From assembly GCA_964035545.1 (NCBI GenBank), contig OZ037767.1, positions 631,680 to 695,679 on the forward strand: DNA of 64,000 nt, read 5' to 3'. Under the pieces are notes generated by a model. That model did not search any database and was not told the origin of the DNA. It saw nothing but the letters and a program-made list of their open reading frames with translations. This document shows, piece by piece, positions 15,001-30,000 of this stretch. Numbering within the stretch: the stretch's first letter is position 1; each line of letters starts with the position of its first letter. A program made the translations under genes and the position numbers. Source of the stretch: Bugula neritina (taxonomy: Eukaryota > Animalia > Bryozoa).

Positions 15001-18000
15001 AATGCTGAAGATGAGTAAATACTGTTATATTCACTCTGATTATCACAGTATAGGTTTGGTGACAAATTACTTTATTATGATGAAATTTAATATGTGTACA
15101 GTCTTGTGACCATTAGCTTTGGCAGACTTCTGAACTTGGCCCTCATGCAAAAGAAGTTGCTCACCCCTGCTATAGACTATGTTCTACAACTCTAATTTAT
15201 AAAAGTATTTCCATTTAGACAATTGAACATAAAGTTAAACATAACACCAAATTAAAACTATAATCAATCTAAATACAGAATATGAAGGTTAACTTTAAAT
15301 TTGAGTTAGTAAATAAGTATTAGTATAACTAGTAGCACATTTTGATTTATCCCAATACTAGTTGTTGATTATTTTGCATCACATGTGTTGATTTGTTGCA
15401 TTAAGATTAACTTCAAGTGATCATCATGTTATATTCTAATACAGCCATTTCCTTCTATGCCACAAGACAATAATATACAGTTTATAGCACCTTGTTCAGA
15501 GCTTCAAGTTGTAACAATCAGTTTGAGTATGTCTCACTCCTAGAAATCAGTATTTAGCTTTCTAGTTAGTGTTACGTCCAGCTTCTTATTGAGTTTTACT
15601 TCAATGTGAGTAGTGCTATCCTTACCAACTGACTTTGTTGTGTGACCCTCAAGGTCAATAGTAGTTCAACCAATCCTTGCGTTGGTGTGTATGTCACGTG
15701 TTTATACCGTTACAACTTGCCCATTTCTGAGCGACATATAACTTCATCACCATAGCAACATTTTCGAATAACAACTTTTGTCTGGAGAGCTGTGGCTACA
15801 TTGTTCACTAAGTATAATGCAGACTATACCTTATTTGTTCAGTGACTAGTAGTAGCATGCAATCATAGGTTTGCATGAGTAAGCGTAGGGCCATACTGGT
15901 CGTATGAGAAAACCCGTTTAGCCCAAAAATGGGACTTGGTGTGCAGATTTTCATGCGGATAACATGCTTGGTTTCTAAATGGGTAAATCGCTTTGTGTAG
16001 CCCTATGCTTAGACCTGCATTAAAATATTTAAAGTCATGGGTTTATTCAACTCCATCATCTTTAGCAAGTGCTGAACTTTCCATAGGAAGAGTGCAGCAC
16101 TTGCTGGAATCTGTACCAGTAAGCAGTTACATGTTATAAGTTTCTATTCACTGTTTCTTGCCTCAATCAGTTGCATTGTTGTTTTGGTATGATGCAAGTA
16201 AGCTCTCTTTTATGTGCTGCTTCGTTGTATACAGCGCTGGTTGTCATGTTATTTGGGTTGTTCTGCTGAACCCTCATCACGTACCCCCTGTTCACACATT
16301 GCCGTAACAGCACAAACAAAATGGCGCCACTGTTACATTTTTTCAACCGGGGTTCACACATTGACGCAAAGTACAACGCATAACGTTGAGTTGTGACCAA
16401 TCATAATAAGGTTACTTTTTGCCTGCGGTGATTTGGATATTATTTACAAATTTGTCGCAACGTTCTTCTCAAAATATGTTATATAAATACTATTTACTAA
16501 ATAAAAGCAATTACATGAAAGGAATCTTTCTTTTAAATATATTCGTTTTAAAATAATTGTGCAAACTAATTTAAATAATGAATATTTAAGTCGCCCAAAT
16601 CATTTTTAAGTTTTTGGTTTGCTTGCTTTTGTGATTAGAGAAAGCTAGATTTTTAAGCTGAGTTTAAGTCAAACAAGCCGAATAAAGATTTTTTAAAACT
16701 TTTGAATTAGTTAAATTAAATAAAAAATAAGCGATTAAAATAAACTAGCGAAAATGTTCTTTAAATTTTAGTACCAGATCAACTCTAGCCAATGGGAGCC
16801 CACCGTGATTTTTTTTAATCGGGCACTGCTTGATCAACGGGCACTGCTTGATCAACGCTGCAGCGTATACAGGGGTACGATTCAGCCCGGATGTTACCAA
16901 AGATGGCAGATATTTGCTGTTGCGGGGTACGGTACGGTGCGGCAATGTGTGAACAGGGGGTAAGCCTCAGGCGAGCAATGGTGAATGAATGCCCTGAAAA
17001 CCTTTACAGCAGGGATGGGCAAATGTTTTTGAAATGGGTCGAATTTCTAGATTTAAGACCTAAGAAGGGCCAGGTACAATGCTGCATCACCAAATGCAAA
17101 TATAAATTGCTTTTTTATGTTTCCTGAGCTGTAAGTATAAATTGCAGAATGTGAATGCAGAATACCAAACATATGATAGTTTATTAATTTAACAACAAGT
17201 TGTATATAGTTCACTAAGCAAGAAAACTGCAAAAAATTCAATTGGATACACTTATAGTACTACAACTAGTGAGAAGCATGAAAAAGACTTTTAGTAGCCA
17301 TAATATCACTAATGTCCCTGCTAGTAATGGGTTCATGTGTGGTGTTTTGTGTTGTTTTGTGATATTATTTCAGCTATCGTGAAAATGAGAGAACGTGCTC
17401 AAGTTAGTTGATTAAAGGAAGAGGCCAAAGCCCTGATTTATTACCACAATATAATATAATACAAGATAATACTAAAATTATTACAAGATGAGTGAGACAA
17501 TTGATTATTATGATTATGCACAAAAATAGTAAATTAATAAAATAACATTACAAATAAATGTTTACATAAATACCAAACATGTGGCTACTCAAAGCAAATC
17601 TTTTTGGGCCGTGTTCTATTACTATTTTTTATATGGTTAATGCTAGAAAGCATGCATTCAAATTTATAAGAATAAACAAATATGCGCAGTGCTCTTAGTC
17701 CCAGTTCAGCTAGTGTAGGGTATTTCTCACTGGTTACTGGTGGTGTAGAAGCTAACTGTTGTTGCAGCAACATCACACAATTCAAGTCGCAATGCTGCTA
17801 TACTTATGCTCACTGAAGCGTGATCAATAGTTCTAGCAACTATACATTGGCCAGATGACCTGATCAAAACAGTAGGAGGGCCTGATGTAGCCCACGGGCG
17901 CCATTTGCCCATCCCTGCTTTACAATATTACTAGAGTTGAGACAGCCAATCACCCTGCCCAAACACTCTGTCTCCTCTGTTATGCCCTGTAATGTTTGCA

Positions 18001-21000
18001 CAAGGTGGATGGGTCTAGGAGTTTATCAATTATCTTCAGGCTGTGAGACATCAGCATATCTCAAAGTCCTCGGAAGAAATGCAACAAGAGTTCGGAGTTG
18101 TCCGTGATGTTTATTGTCTCTCTTTAATTGCAGCTGGTAATCATCCAGCTTGTCTTCTAGTGTCTCAGGAAATGGCACTGACTCTCCGGTCAACGAGACT
18201 TCAATCATCTGTATGGTTTGTTCCTTCTCAGCCAAGTTGTCTTTCATGGCAACAAGTAGTGTTGTAATGGAGTTTGATATCGTGTCACTAGGAGGTCTGC
18301 ACACTCTGCTCCTTGCATCTCCATTATTAGTCTACAATTGATAAGCATACTAAATTTGATTGTTAGTGTATCACCTACAAACTACTACCTGTTAGTATAT
18401 CACCTACAAACTACTACCTGTTAGTATATCACCTATAAACCTACTACATGTTAGTGTATCAGTTACAAACCTGGGGGTTTCTCGGTGGTAAAGAAGATCC
18501 ACTATCATCTTCATCCGCTGTTTCCATAGGACATTGATCTATAAAGCCATCAAAAAATATATTGATATTTAATGGGTTTGGCAGCCACCTGTAACTATTG
18601 TAACTGTATCAACTGGCAAAATCTTTTACCTGTCTGTGTATTCACAGCGCAGTTTTCTGTAGAAGCCTCGTCTACGTCCATGTCTTCTGTCCCACTCATT
18701 CCTTCTATATTGAATACTCCAATTTGCAACTTCAATTGATTCTAAAAAGTTGCATTACATTATTAATGTATTAGTAGAACAGAACCAGTAATGTGAATCA
18801 TTATTAGAATCACAATAAAATATTAATGAAGTCTGATTGATTGATTTATTACATATCACAAACATGACAACACGTTGCAAAATTCAGTGTAAATACTGGC
18901 TATAATAAGTAGGAATGAACAAAAATAAGAGAAAAAATCAAAACTCTGTCCAAATTACAACTTAGATATTACCATAAAAGAAGGCTATAGATTGAGTCAA
19001 TTAGAATGGATTTCCTAGCATTGAATATGATATAATGGACATGGAAACATTTACATATATTTAGGCTAATCCTATCATTAAATTAATATTTATCTACAAG
19101 AAATTAATAATTCAAAACTGCAACCTAACAGCCAGTTAATCCCCCAGTATTACTGAAGTCATTACATGAATCTTATAACCTTTAAAGCACTATCAAATCA
19201 TCCAGCAAATCATCTTAACACTTGCTATAAAAGTTAAAAATTACATGATGCAATTTAAGAGTTTCAAGAGTGAACATTCACTTTCAGAATGTATTGCAAT
19301 TTATGATTACATATAATTTTATTGCCATTGTTGTGTTGTTGACTCAGTAATTAAAATTGTCAGTTGAACCAAAAATTCTGTAATCAATACTGTGGCAATC
19401 ACAATGAGTCATTCACTTAAACTTAAAGACAATAATTAAAATTAACCGACTTTGATGCCATCCGAGTAGTAGTACAGGTACTACAACTACTAGTAACGGT
19501 AGTGGTTGTAGTAGCTGTAATGGTAGTACTGTTAGTGTTACAGTGTTACTCATACTGATACCGTTAGTACTTAGTAGCAGTCACATACTGGTGCTGATAG
19601 TGATACGATAACAATTACTCTTAGAGTTAGTTCGTTACAGTTACACTTAGTCTTACAGTTACAGTTACTGCTGGACATTAGTCTTCTTCTTAGACTTAGT
19701 CTTACTCTTGATGATTTAGACACTTACATTTATGATTTACTGTTAGTGATACTATTAGTATTACTATTACAGTATTAGTATTAGTAATACTAATACAGTA
19801 ATACTAATAGTAATAGTAATACTTATAGTTATACTATTACTATTACTATTACAGTATTAGTATTACTAATACTAATAGTTAAAGTAATAGTTATAGTAAC
19901 ACTAATAGTAATACTAATACTTACTAATACTAAGTCTTATACTAATACTAATACTAATAGTATTACTATTACTATTAGTATTAGTATTACTATTAGTATT
20001 ACTATACTCATAATGATAATGATAATCTACATTGATTTTGATTTCGGCTAGAGCCTGACTAAAAAACCTTGATCTTGATCGGGTTAAGTCCCAAGACCTC
20101 TCGGAGGAGTGTTAATTTATATATACTATTAATATAAAATCTCAATTTAACATTTATTACTTACATGTTTAACAACGTTTTTCGACGATCACATTTAATT
20201 TTACTATTAGCTCACAGGTCACGATGAATGAATGAATTGAATGAATAGTCCTCGTGCGGTAGATTTTTACAGGGACGATGAACGTGCTTTGCTTGTTATA
20301 GATTACATTTTTGTAAGTAATTGTAAGTAACCGAAAGTAATTGTTTTTTACCGCAGATTATCATTCTATCTTGTGTCTACTAATTTTCGGAACGATGGGC
20401 CTTCGGAATATTGCTCCGTCCCCGATCTATAATTATTTACTTTGATGGGATTAGAAAAATTTCTAAACAATGTGATGATCTAAAATCTAAATCTATTATT
20501 AAACCCGACTAATGATTCAAGAAATGATATTCTCAACCCAACGTGCTAAACCTCATACCCAGTGGTGTATTGGTACCTGAACTGTCCGGTACGGCGTACC
20601 AGTTGTAAAAATTTCTGCTAGTTTAGGTGGTACGCACGTACCAGTTCTGAAAATGAAAAAATTGGAAATTTTGTTTCTCCACTGGGATTTCCAAAAATTC
20701 ATAGCACGAATTTTTTCAACAACCATGAGCAATTGAAACCCAACTAGTACCCCTCGCATAAAATAGAAATTCAAGCAGCTAGGTTTTGTTTTATTAGTCT
20801 TGACTTCCCATTTACTTGTCACTGCTACTTAGAATAAATTGAATTATAATATAAATATTATCATTGTGAATGAGCCTGCTGTGAAAAATCAGTTGAATTT
20901 TGTTGAGATGTTTATAATAAGAAATAAGATTTACACTTTCAGTCTGATATACAGTCACAATTATCTAGTAATCACTACTAGTAGTACTAGTCACTAATAA

Positions 21001-24000
21001 CCTAAGGCGAAAAAACAAAAAGTAATTAAACTTGAAGTTGATGATCATAGCAATAGCCTAACTCATTAATCGGTTTACAAAATAAGTATACTCAATTTGA
21101 TTTTGACAAATGTTTTAGTTACAAAATACTAACAGATAAATTATTTAATTTACTAATTTCAATCTATAACTGTAATCATAGCAATTAGAGTTATCAATTT
21201 AATTTTATTTGATTCCAACAGCATGTACTAGGTTACAGTTACTATAAAAGGACTTCTCAGTGATGTATCAACATTTATTTAACTATTATTTGATACTAAT
21301 TTTAAATAATAATATAAAAGTAATTCATGCTTCAGTAAATCTTTGATCCATTATGATTATATTATTTTGGTTAAATAGATGAGTTTTAGTAATATTTCAA
21401 TTTATTTTATTGAAAGCTCACATTTCTGTCACATGGATCCCATTTTTGATATATAATGTGGAAAATTGGACTATGTCTAGTAAAGCCATTCATGTGGTTT
21501 CTAATATCTCCATTACTACACCTACCCCATGTCTACTGTACATTGAAAACTGATATCTTTTGTTATAATTTTTTTTAATATGGTGCATATTTGAGCTGAT
21601 GTCATGATATAAAGTTGCAAATTACACTTTGAAATGTGCTGCAAAGGCTTCAATTTTACGCTAAAAGAGAAAAATTTCGATGCGGAAGGGCCAGAGTTGT
21701 CCTTCCTATTGTCCCAGAGTACCATGCAGTTGATAAAATTTTTACCAATACACCACTGCTGAGTCATACCTCTACCCTCGTATTGAATGGAACTAACATT
21801 GTATTGTCTGATAAAGTGAGATAGGTACTTTGGTGTGTTAGTGGATCAGAATTTGAGATTTCATGAGCATATGTACAATCAGTGGTTACAATGGTACGGT
21901 AGGTATCAAGAAGAATGTATGTTTTGAAGAATGTTGTGCATTTTAGTTCTAAACCTCTAGCAAATATGTTCCCTTATTCAAAAGTTTCATCATGTCTCTC
22001 ATCTCCTATTGTCTGCCTTTTGTTTTCACCTGTATCTATGCCAGTGATAAAAAGGCTATCAGAAAAATTTTCAAATACTGCTCTAAACATGGTATTGAGT
22101 ATCAATTATCATGACATCGATTTGCACATTCAGAAACTCACTAAAACACTTGCCATCAAATATATAGTTGATGATGACCATTTCATTAATGAGTTACTGA
22201 GTCAATGCCCCTCTGGAAGAAATAGAACCATCAAATATAGAGGAGCATGGGGCAGAGATAGCTTTTTACGACACTTTGTAAATACTTTGAATAAGCTTTT
22301 ATTTTAAATAATCCACCAGAGTTGACTTTCTTCCAATTTTGTTCATGCCTACTTAGTATAGCCGGTATTTACACTGAACTTCACAATGCGTTTTCATGTC
22401 TGTGATATGCAATAAATCAACCAATCAATAATATTTAGTGATTTACCCTTGTTTCACTTTTCAGCAATAATGACTTCAACATTTAGCTATTGAAGAGAAT
22501 GAGCTGCCATAAATTATTGCCGACTTTACTGTTATAGGAAGAAGCAGCTAGCCCAACATTTGAGCCATCTCACCTGCCTTGCCGAAGCCACCAGCACATT
22601 TCAGAAGGCCCAGAAGATGGTGCAAAGCCTAGCTGATGATCATATGATAGAGATGAGTGCAATAAGAAGTCTGCCTTCCCACACTCTCCCTCTGTGTCAG
22701 CAAAGATTGAATAAGGCTCAGGTATAGCAGCAGCATGCAGGCATATCACATGTATGATGTACCCACATAATATTCTCATGTATCCACATATCCACATGTA
22801 CCTGCATGTACACACATGTATACACGGAATAAATTATAGACTTGCACTGTGATATTAGAGTGTAATACTAATAGTAAGTAACAAAGAGTGTAATACTGAT
22901 AGTAAGTAACAAAGAGTAAACATGTTACATAATCATTGTGAACCTTACAGGCCCTGCAGGACGTAGTCAGAGTAAACTATGGTGAAGTGGAGGCGTTAGA
23001 GAAGGCCCTCCCTGTCGTGTTAGATCTACTATCAAGTCCCCAGACTAAAGAGTGTCACAGAGCCAGCTGCAGGCTGCTCGCCAGTGCTGTCTGGCCCAAA
23101 GTGGTGGACCAATCAGATGCCTTAGTTAAGGAAACAGCTGACATTGTGTCATCATGGACTCGGCTGACTGATGACTCAGAGGGGGTGACTCATCAGCTAC
23201 GTGTGACATCACAGAGTCTCGTCAAGATGGCCGCCAACGACCTGCCGACAATGTCACTGGAGGAGCTACAGGAAGTGCTGGATGGCTGTAAAAAGGTATT
23301 ATATATCATACTCTGTATCTTATGTACACTTTATATTATATAATATATACTGTATCTTATGTATACTTTATATTATATAATATATACTCTATCTTATGTA
23401 TACCGCATATTATATAATATGTACTGTATCTTATGTATACTTTATATTATATAATCTATACTGTATCTTATGTATAATTTTTTCAGGTAAACGATACTCT
23501 AAAAAATGCTGAAACAAAAATGGCTGAAATAAAAGACGTAACAGAAATATTGGTGGATCAGTCTACAGCTCCTCAGGATAGTGTGAGTTCTACCACCACC
23601 CGTAATCAGCAGCTATTAGACAGGTGAGCTGAGGCTAGCATATGATGTAATCCAGCTGCTAGCTTTTAGACAGGTTATCCAAGCTGTTTGTCTTTGTATA
23701 GGCCTACTGCTTTCAATATTAGTTCTATAAAGCATATCAGGTTGGTAGTGTTGAGTGGAATAACATTAGTTTAAATGCCTTAGATACTGATAGTTGATAA
23801 ACAGTTGAGTCAATTCCAGAGTGTGAAGTTCTAATCTCTCATCTCTTACTTTATTCATATTATGACACACTTCTTTAATAGAAGTACAGAAATCCTTGTA
23901 GCTCATAGTATACAGGTAAACACTTAGCTCATAGTATACAGGTAACACCTAGCTCATAGTATACAAGTAAACTCCTAGCTTATAGTATACAGGTAAACAC

Positions 24001-27000
24001 CTAGCTCATAGTATACAGGTAACACCTAGCTCATACTATACAGGTAAACACCTAGCTTATAGTATACAGGTAAACACCTAGCTCATAGTATACAGGTAAA
24101 CACTAGCTCATAGTATACAGGTAAACACCTAGCTCATACTATACAGGTAAACACTTAGCTCATAGTATACACACTGGGCTACGCTGTTGTTTTTCCTTTT
24201 CAGTCTCTGCAATAAATGTGTCGAGCTGGAGACATCGTTGATACTAGCTGTTGGAGATCACGGACTGCTCACCTCTGAATTGACCAATCAGCTAAAAGAG
24301 TTGCTGAACATGCAGACGACAGTTGATAATGTGTGTCAGGCTGTGATTGGCTACTCGGGTGTTAAGGAAGCTGATGCAACTTTCTGCCAAATCCAGGTGG
24401 GCAACACTTGAGGGGTTCTGCCCCCCCCCCAGCAACAGCAATAGTAATATACTTTATGAGTTTATCAGTAGCCTGAAAACTTTCTGGAACCACATCCATG
24501 GCCTATGGTGGTCTCATAAGCTATTCTAATCACAGAGTTTACAATATAATTATCTGTTGATAAGATGGTAGACAGTCCAACATTGCTGTATAAATATTTG
24601 ATCTCACACTTAGTATATTTACATACATATCTCTATATTTGTCTGGTGATAGGCTGATAAGAGCTCACTTATGGACCGTGTAGGAGAATCAGTTCAAAAA
24701 AGAAAGCAACTCCCGAGTGACATGAAGTCTCTCTACGATTCCATCCTGGAGACCTCACAGCAACTGGGTGAAGAGATCAGTGAGCATAGGAGAGGATTTA
24801 ATGAGTGAGTTGATTGGTCAATTGAACTAGTAATGATCAACTGATTACTTACACTCAGTTTATTTATTTTATTTTTTTTTATTTTCTGTTCAGTTCTTTT
24901 ATTCTATAATGTGCATTTTTCTTCAACCCCTTGAGTTTTATGTCGCATATCACTGAGTATCACTACCAACTCTACACCATACAAACTATTACAGACTTCA
25001 CGTTCTATATCTGTCTGTCTTTTCACAGGATACTGAGTAAGTGGGAGGAGCTTACAGGTATGCAATCAGAACTGCAGAAATGGATGAGCAGCGCTAGGAG
25101 TGCCGTGTGTGATGACATCATGGATATTGCCATAGCCAGGGAGCAGCAGGTACTTGTACAGTGTCTATATAGTGTGACACTAACCAGCAGGTACTTGTAC
25201 ACTGTCTATATAGTGTGACACTAACCAGCAGGTACTTGTACACTGTCTGTATAGTGTGACACTAACTAGCAGGTACTTGTACAGTGTCTATATAGTGTGA
25301 CACTACCCAGCAGGTACTCGTACACTGTCTGTATAGTGTGACACTAACTAGCAGGTACTTGTACAGTGTCTATATAGTGTGACACTAACTAGCAGGTACT
25401 TGTACAGTGTCTATATAGTGTCACACTAACTAGCAGGTACTCGTACACTGTCTATATAGTGTGACACTAACTAGCAGGTACTTGTACACTGTCTATATAG
25501 TGTGACACTAGCCAGCAGGCACTTGTACAGTGTCTGTATAGTGTAACACTAACTAGCAGGTACTTGTACACTGTCTGTATAGTGTGACACTAACTAGCAG
25601 GTACTTTTACAGTGTCTATATAGTGTGACACTAACTAGCAGGTACTTGTACAGTGTCTATGTAGTGTGACACTAACTAGCAGGTACTTGTACAGTGTCTA
25701 TGTAGTGTGACACTAGCCAGCAGGTACTCGTACACTGTCTGTATAGTATGACACTAACTAGCAGGTACTTGTACAGTGTCTATATAGTGTAACACTAACT
25801 AGCAGGTACTTGTACACTGTCTGTATAGTGTGACACTAACCAGCAGGTACTTGTACACTGTCTGTATAGTGTGACACTAACCAGCAGGTACTCGTACACT
25901 GTCTATATAGTGTGACACTAACTAGCAGGTACTTGTACACCGTCTATATAGTGTGACACTAGCCAGCAGGCACTTGTACAGTGTCTGTATAGTGTAACAC
26001 TAACTAGCAGGTACTTGTACACTGTCTGTATAGTGTGACACTAACTAGCAGGTACTTTTACAGTGTCTATATAGTGTGACACTAACTAGCAGGTACTTGT
26101 ACAGTGTCTATGTAGTGTGACACTAACTAGCAGGTACTTGTACAGTGTCTATGTAGTGTGACACTAGCCAGCAGGTACTTGCACAGCTCAACTACATACT
26201 GGCTAGAAACTGATGGAGTCTATTTCCCAATGTCTAAATTAATTCATGTTTACCCATTAACTTCCTTTTAAAATTGTATAAATATTTCTCAACCTAGCTA
26301 CTGCTTTATCTCATTTCAGTACATGAAGGAGTTGGTAAGATATTACTAGGAATTTCTTATTATCAAATTATACTTACCATCAATTCACACACCTTATTAT
26401 TTCAATATCTAATCACTGCATGTGTATTATACTTTTGATTTAATTATCTAAGCATATCTAAGCATATCTACTATAGTATTTATAGTATTACACCAGCACA
26501 GAGGCTGCAGTGCTTTCCTGTTTACAAGACCAGAAAGTTTATCCAAATTTTAGTTTTAAAAATTTTTCATAATCAACACATTTTGAACTCTGACCCTGTC
26601 TGCCACTGTTACCTGTTGTAATCTGGAGTTGTCCCACTTCCAGGAGGAGCTAGAACGAGATCTTGAGGGGCGGAGTCAGATGTTGTCAGCCATAGCCGCT
26701 GTATCCTATGAGCTCTCCGGTCAACTCACTCAATCTGAAAGGGAGAAGATCACTAGAGATCAAGAGAGTACTCAAGTTCGTCTCGACTCTCTGAAGAAAG
26801 GTGTGTAGAACTTTATTTCTGATCAACTATTCTCATAGTCGCAGTGGTGTGTGTATTGTATTTAAATGTGAATGTGAGTTTAATGTGGTATTGTACTACT
26901 GTAGCTATTTTGTATGAATAATGTGGTATTATAATACTGTAGCTATTCGGCAAAGAAGAGCCAAGATAGAATCTTATGACAGAGAGATGCACAAGTTTAG

Positions 27001-30000
27001 ACAGAGTACGGCTCAAGCTGAAAGTTATGTATCTGAGGCTAGGAAGGTATTGTGGACAGACCTGGATAACATAACTCCCTCTAAGTGCGAGGAGTTGTCT
27101 GAACAATGTCAGGTCAGTTTAGGAGTTATCAGTACAATATCATGTTGGTGGTTTATTTAAAAGGTATTTTAGGTATCCCCGTACAACTGTTTCCAGCCAA
27201 TTAGGAGCTAGTGATAGAATTATCTGACTAGTACTTTATGAAAGAGTGTTTTCTGTTGAGTAACGATTACATAATTTAATAAGAAACACAAAACAAGAGA
27301 ACATTTAAACTCATAGGAATGAAGGTATAAATTCCGTACCATCTCTGATTAATGATAGGATTGTAGCTGTTATCTCACATAATCTCCTGAATTCTCATTC
27401 TCCCTCATGTTTGTGTGCAGGGAGTGATTCGGCAAATACCAGTGGTGGATAGACTGCTAGGGGAGCTCATCACCTCCTCTCTGAAACTCGGCGATGCTTG
27501 TACCAACGCTGACGCTGTCTCCAAGGTCATTGACATCAAAGATGATTGGACAGAACTGAAAGGTCAAATGTCACAGCAGGCGTCTATTCTACAGGAAGTG
27601 ATGCGACTGCAGCAGCGAGTTGCGAGTCACGCTGACCATAACGACTGGTCGGTGAAGCACCGTAAGAGACAGGAGGAAGTTGAGAGCTCAGTGAGAGAGC
27701 TGGAGGTGAAGCTGCAGGCGCACGAGGCCCTTGTTGCTGACGTAGGTCGTAACCATGACAACGTGAAGTCGTCGGCAGATGATGCTACGATGAGTCAAGA
27801 TCACATGACCTCTCTTTTACAGGAAATAGACTACATTCATTCAGAGGTTCGGCTTTCATTTTCTACTATCTCTAAGTCACACCAATTATAATATCTGTAA
27901 TATAATATATTATATTAACATACCTGTAATATATATTATATTAATATACCTGTAATATATATTATATTAACATTCCTGTAATATATATTATATTAACATA
28001 CCTGTAAGATATATTATATTAACATACATGTAATATATATTATATTAACATACCTGTAAGATATATTATATTAACATACATGTAATATATATTACAATAT
28101 CTCTGATTTCCATCCAATAGTTACTCCGTCAAGCTCACACCATACGAGATTGTATGAGAAGTTATGAGAGTAACGGCGTGAAGTCAGTGAGTATTCAGCA
28201 GGAGGTTACGGGGGTGTTGGAGACCCTCTCCAAACTAAACACCAACTCTCTATCTCCTCTCAGGCTAAAGGAATGGTCAGTGCAGAAGATGGTATGTATA
28301 ATGTGCTGGCAGTCTTGTCGCAGTGAATTATGTAACATGCTTTAATTACATTTTTAATGAATAGTTTGTTGATAGTTAATAGCTCTACATATTTTTATTT
28401 TGTATATTTTTGCTCAGTTTTGTGTTGCTGTAATACTATCTAATAGTTTCTCTGATTGTTTGAATGATTTATGCAGACGTTTGAACAGGAACTCACGGTG
28501 AGTGTGACACAGTCTATATTCACGTAGACATCATTTGTATTTCCTGTCTGGTTTAGAGCTCAATTGCACTCCCTGTCTTGTACTGCATTTCCTCGTGTTA
28601 AGAGATCAATGTTTTATATTAAATGTTTAGAGGACGTTGACTCAGGTAACTTTGTGAGAGTAGCTTCTAGACATCCTGCTGCAACTCTACTATGCTTTGA
28701 CCAATCATATCGCTTAGACAATAATTTAACCAATTAGCTGTCAGTATAGTTAAGATGTATAAGTTGTAACATTTAACATGCATAATAAATTCCGTGTCTT
28801 TTACATGGTGATATAATATAAACTAAACGAGTATATACTTACTGTAAGTTATCTAAGCTACTGTGTAGATGGTGGTGGGTGAGCGTAGCATTTACTTAGA
28901 TATGTTCTCTTTTTGGTGTGTTTCTCCTTTTATAGACGCCAGTCATGCTCAGTCTCCCACTTCCTCGTGCTGTTTCACCTATTTAATGTCAACTGTTTTT
29001 AATACTAAATTTTTCAGAGATAAACACATTCTGATTCAACTCAATTGATGTGAGCTTCAAACTGATAATGCTTGGCTACGTATTACATATTACTAGGTAG
29101 TACTTGGCTATGTGTTACATATTACTGCGTAGTACTTGGCTATGTATTACATATTACTACGTATTACTTGGCTATGTATTACATATTACGTATAATATTA
29201 TGTCAGCTCACAGTTTTTACAACAACTTTTAAATTGTATGATTATACATTATATAAATTTCTCTGAAGTTCCACTTGCTGTTTCAGTTTATGCTTCTGAC
29301 GCAGCATGGGAACTAAATTTGAATAGCTTAAAGTTATTCTAATAACATAACCTCTGGAGCCAATCTATATAAACAATCTCCAATATCTTATGGAATTCCT
29401 ATTAATATTAGTATTCACATTATATTCATAATATGTGGTGTTACTTATTGCTGAAAGTATGAAATTTTAGTGAAAGTCTATAACCCTGTGTTTTAGAAGG
29501 CAGAAAGTGATCTTAAGCTTCTACAGAAGCAAGCAGACGATTGCGTAGAGAGACAACTCCAAATGCTGCAGACTGCGGGCCGAGTAGCAGACGGGGGACT
29601 GATTAAGTACAGCGAGTTTAGAGCTGAGTCTAGCAGGTGAACTCCATAGCCTTGGTTTCTCCAGTCTGAGTGAATCCACTTTATAATATGTCATTGGTTA
29701 CTTAGAGCAGCTAGTTAGGAACCAAGTCTAATATTAGCTGCAGGAAAACTATAATATAATATAAAATAATATAGAAAATGCCTTTTGCAGTTTACTTCTA
29801 ACAATATGATGCAATATGTAACTAAAAGCAGTTTCTTATTCCCAGATTTGGCATGATGTTGCGTGCCTTGGCTAAACGAAGGAGGTTTGTATGATAGTCT
29901 TCTGTTAGTTGGCCACACTCCCTATAAGTCCTTTCCTTGTCTATCATTCTCTGTATCTCTTGATTCTTCTCTACGTGTATCCTATACTCACTAACCAGTT

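Noticed and set aside
15480-16120. Short minus-strand coding-like fragments
   Set aside because: Interrupted by stops; no homology recognised.
21770-22350. Coding-like sequence (ORF 21915-22307 and broken minus-strand frames)
   Set aside because: No recognisable motifs or consistent splice structure; may be a decayed gene or element but cannot be supported.
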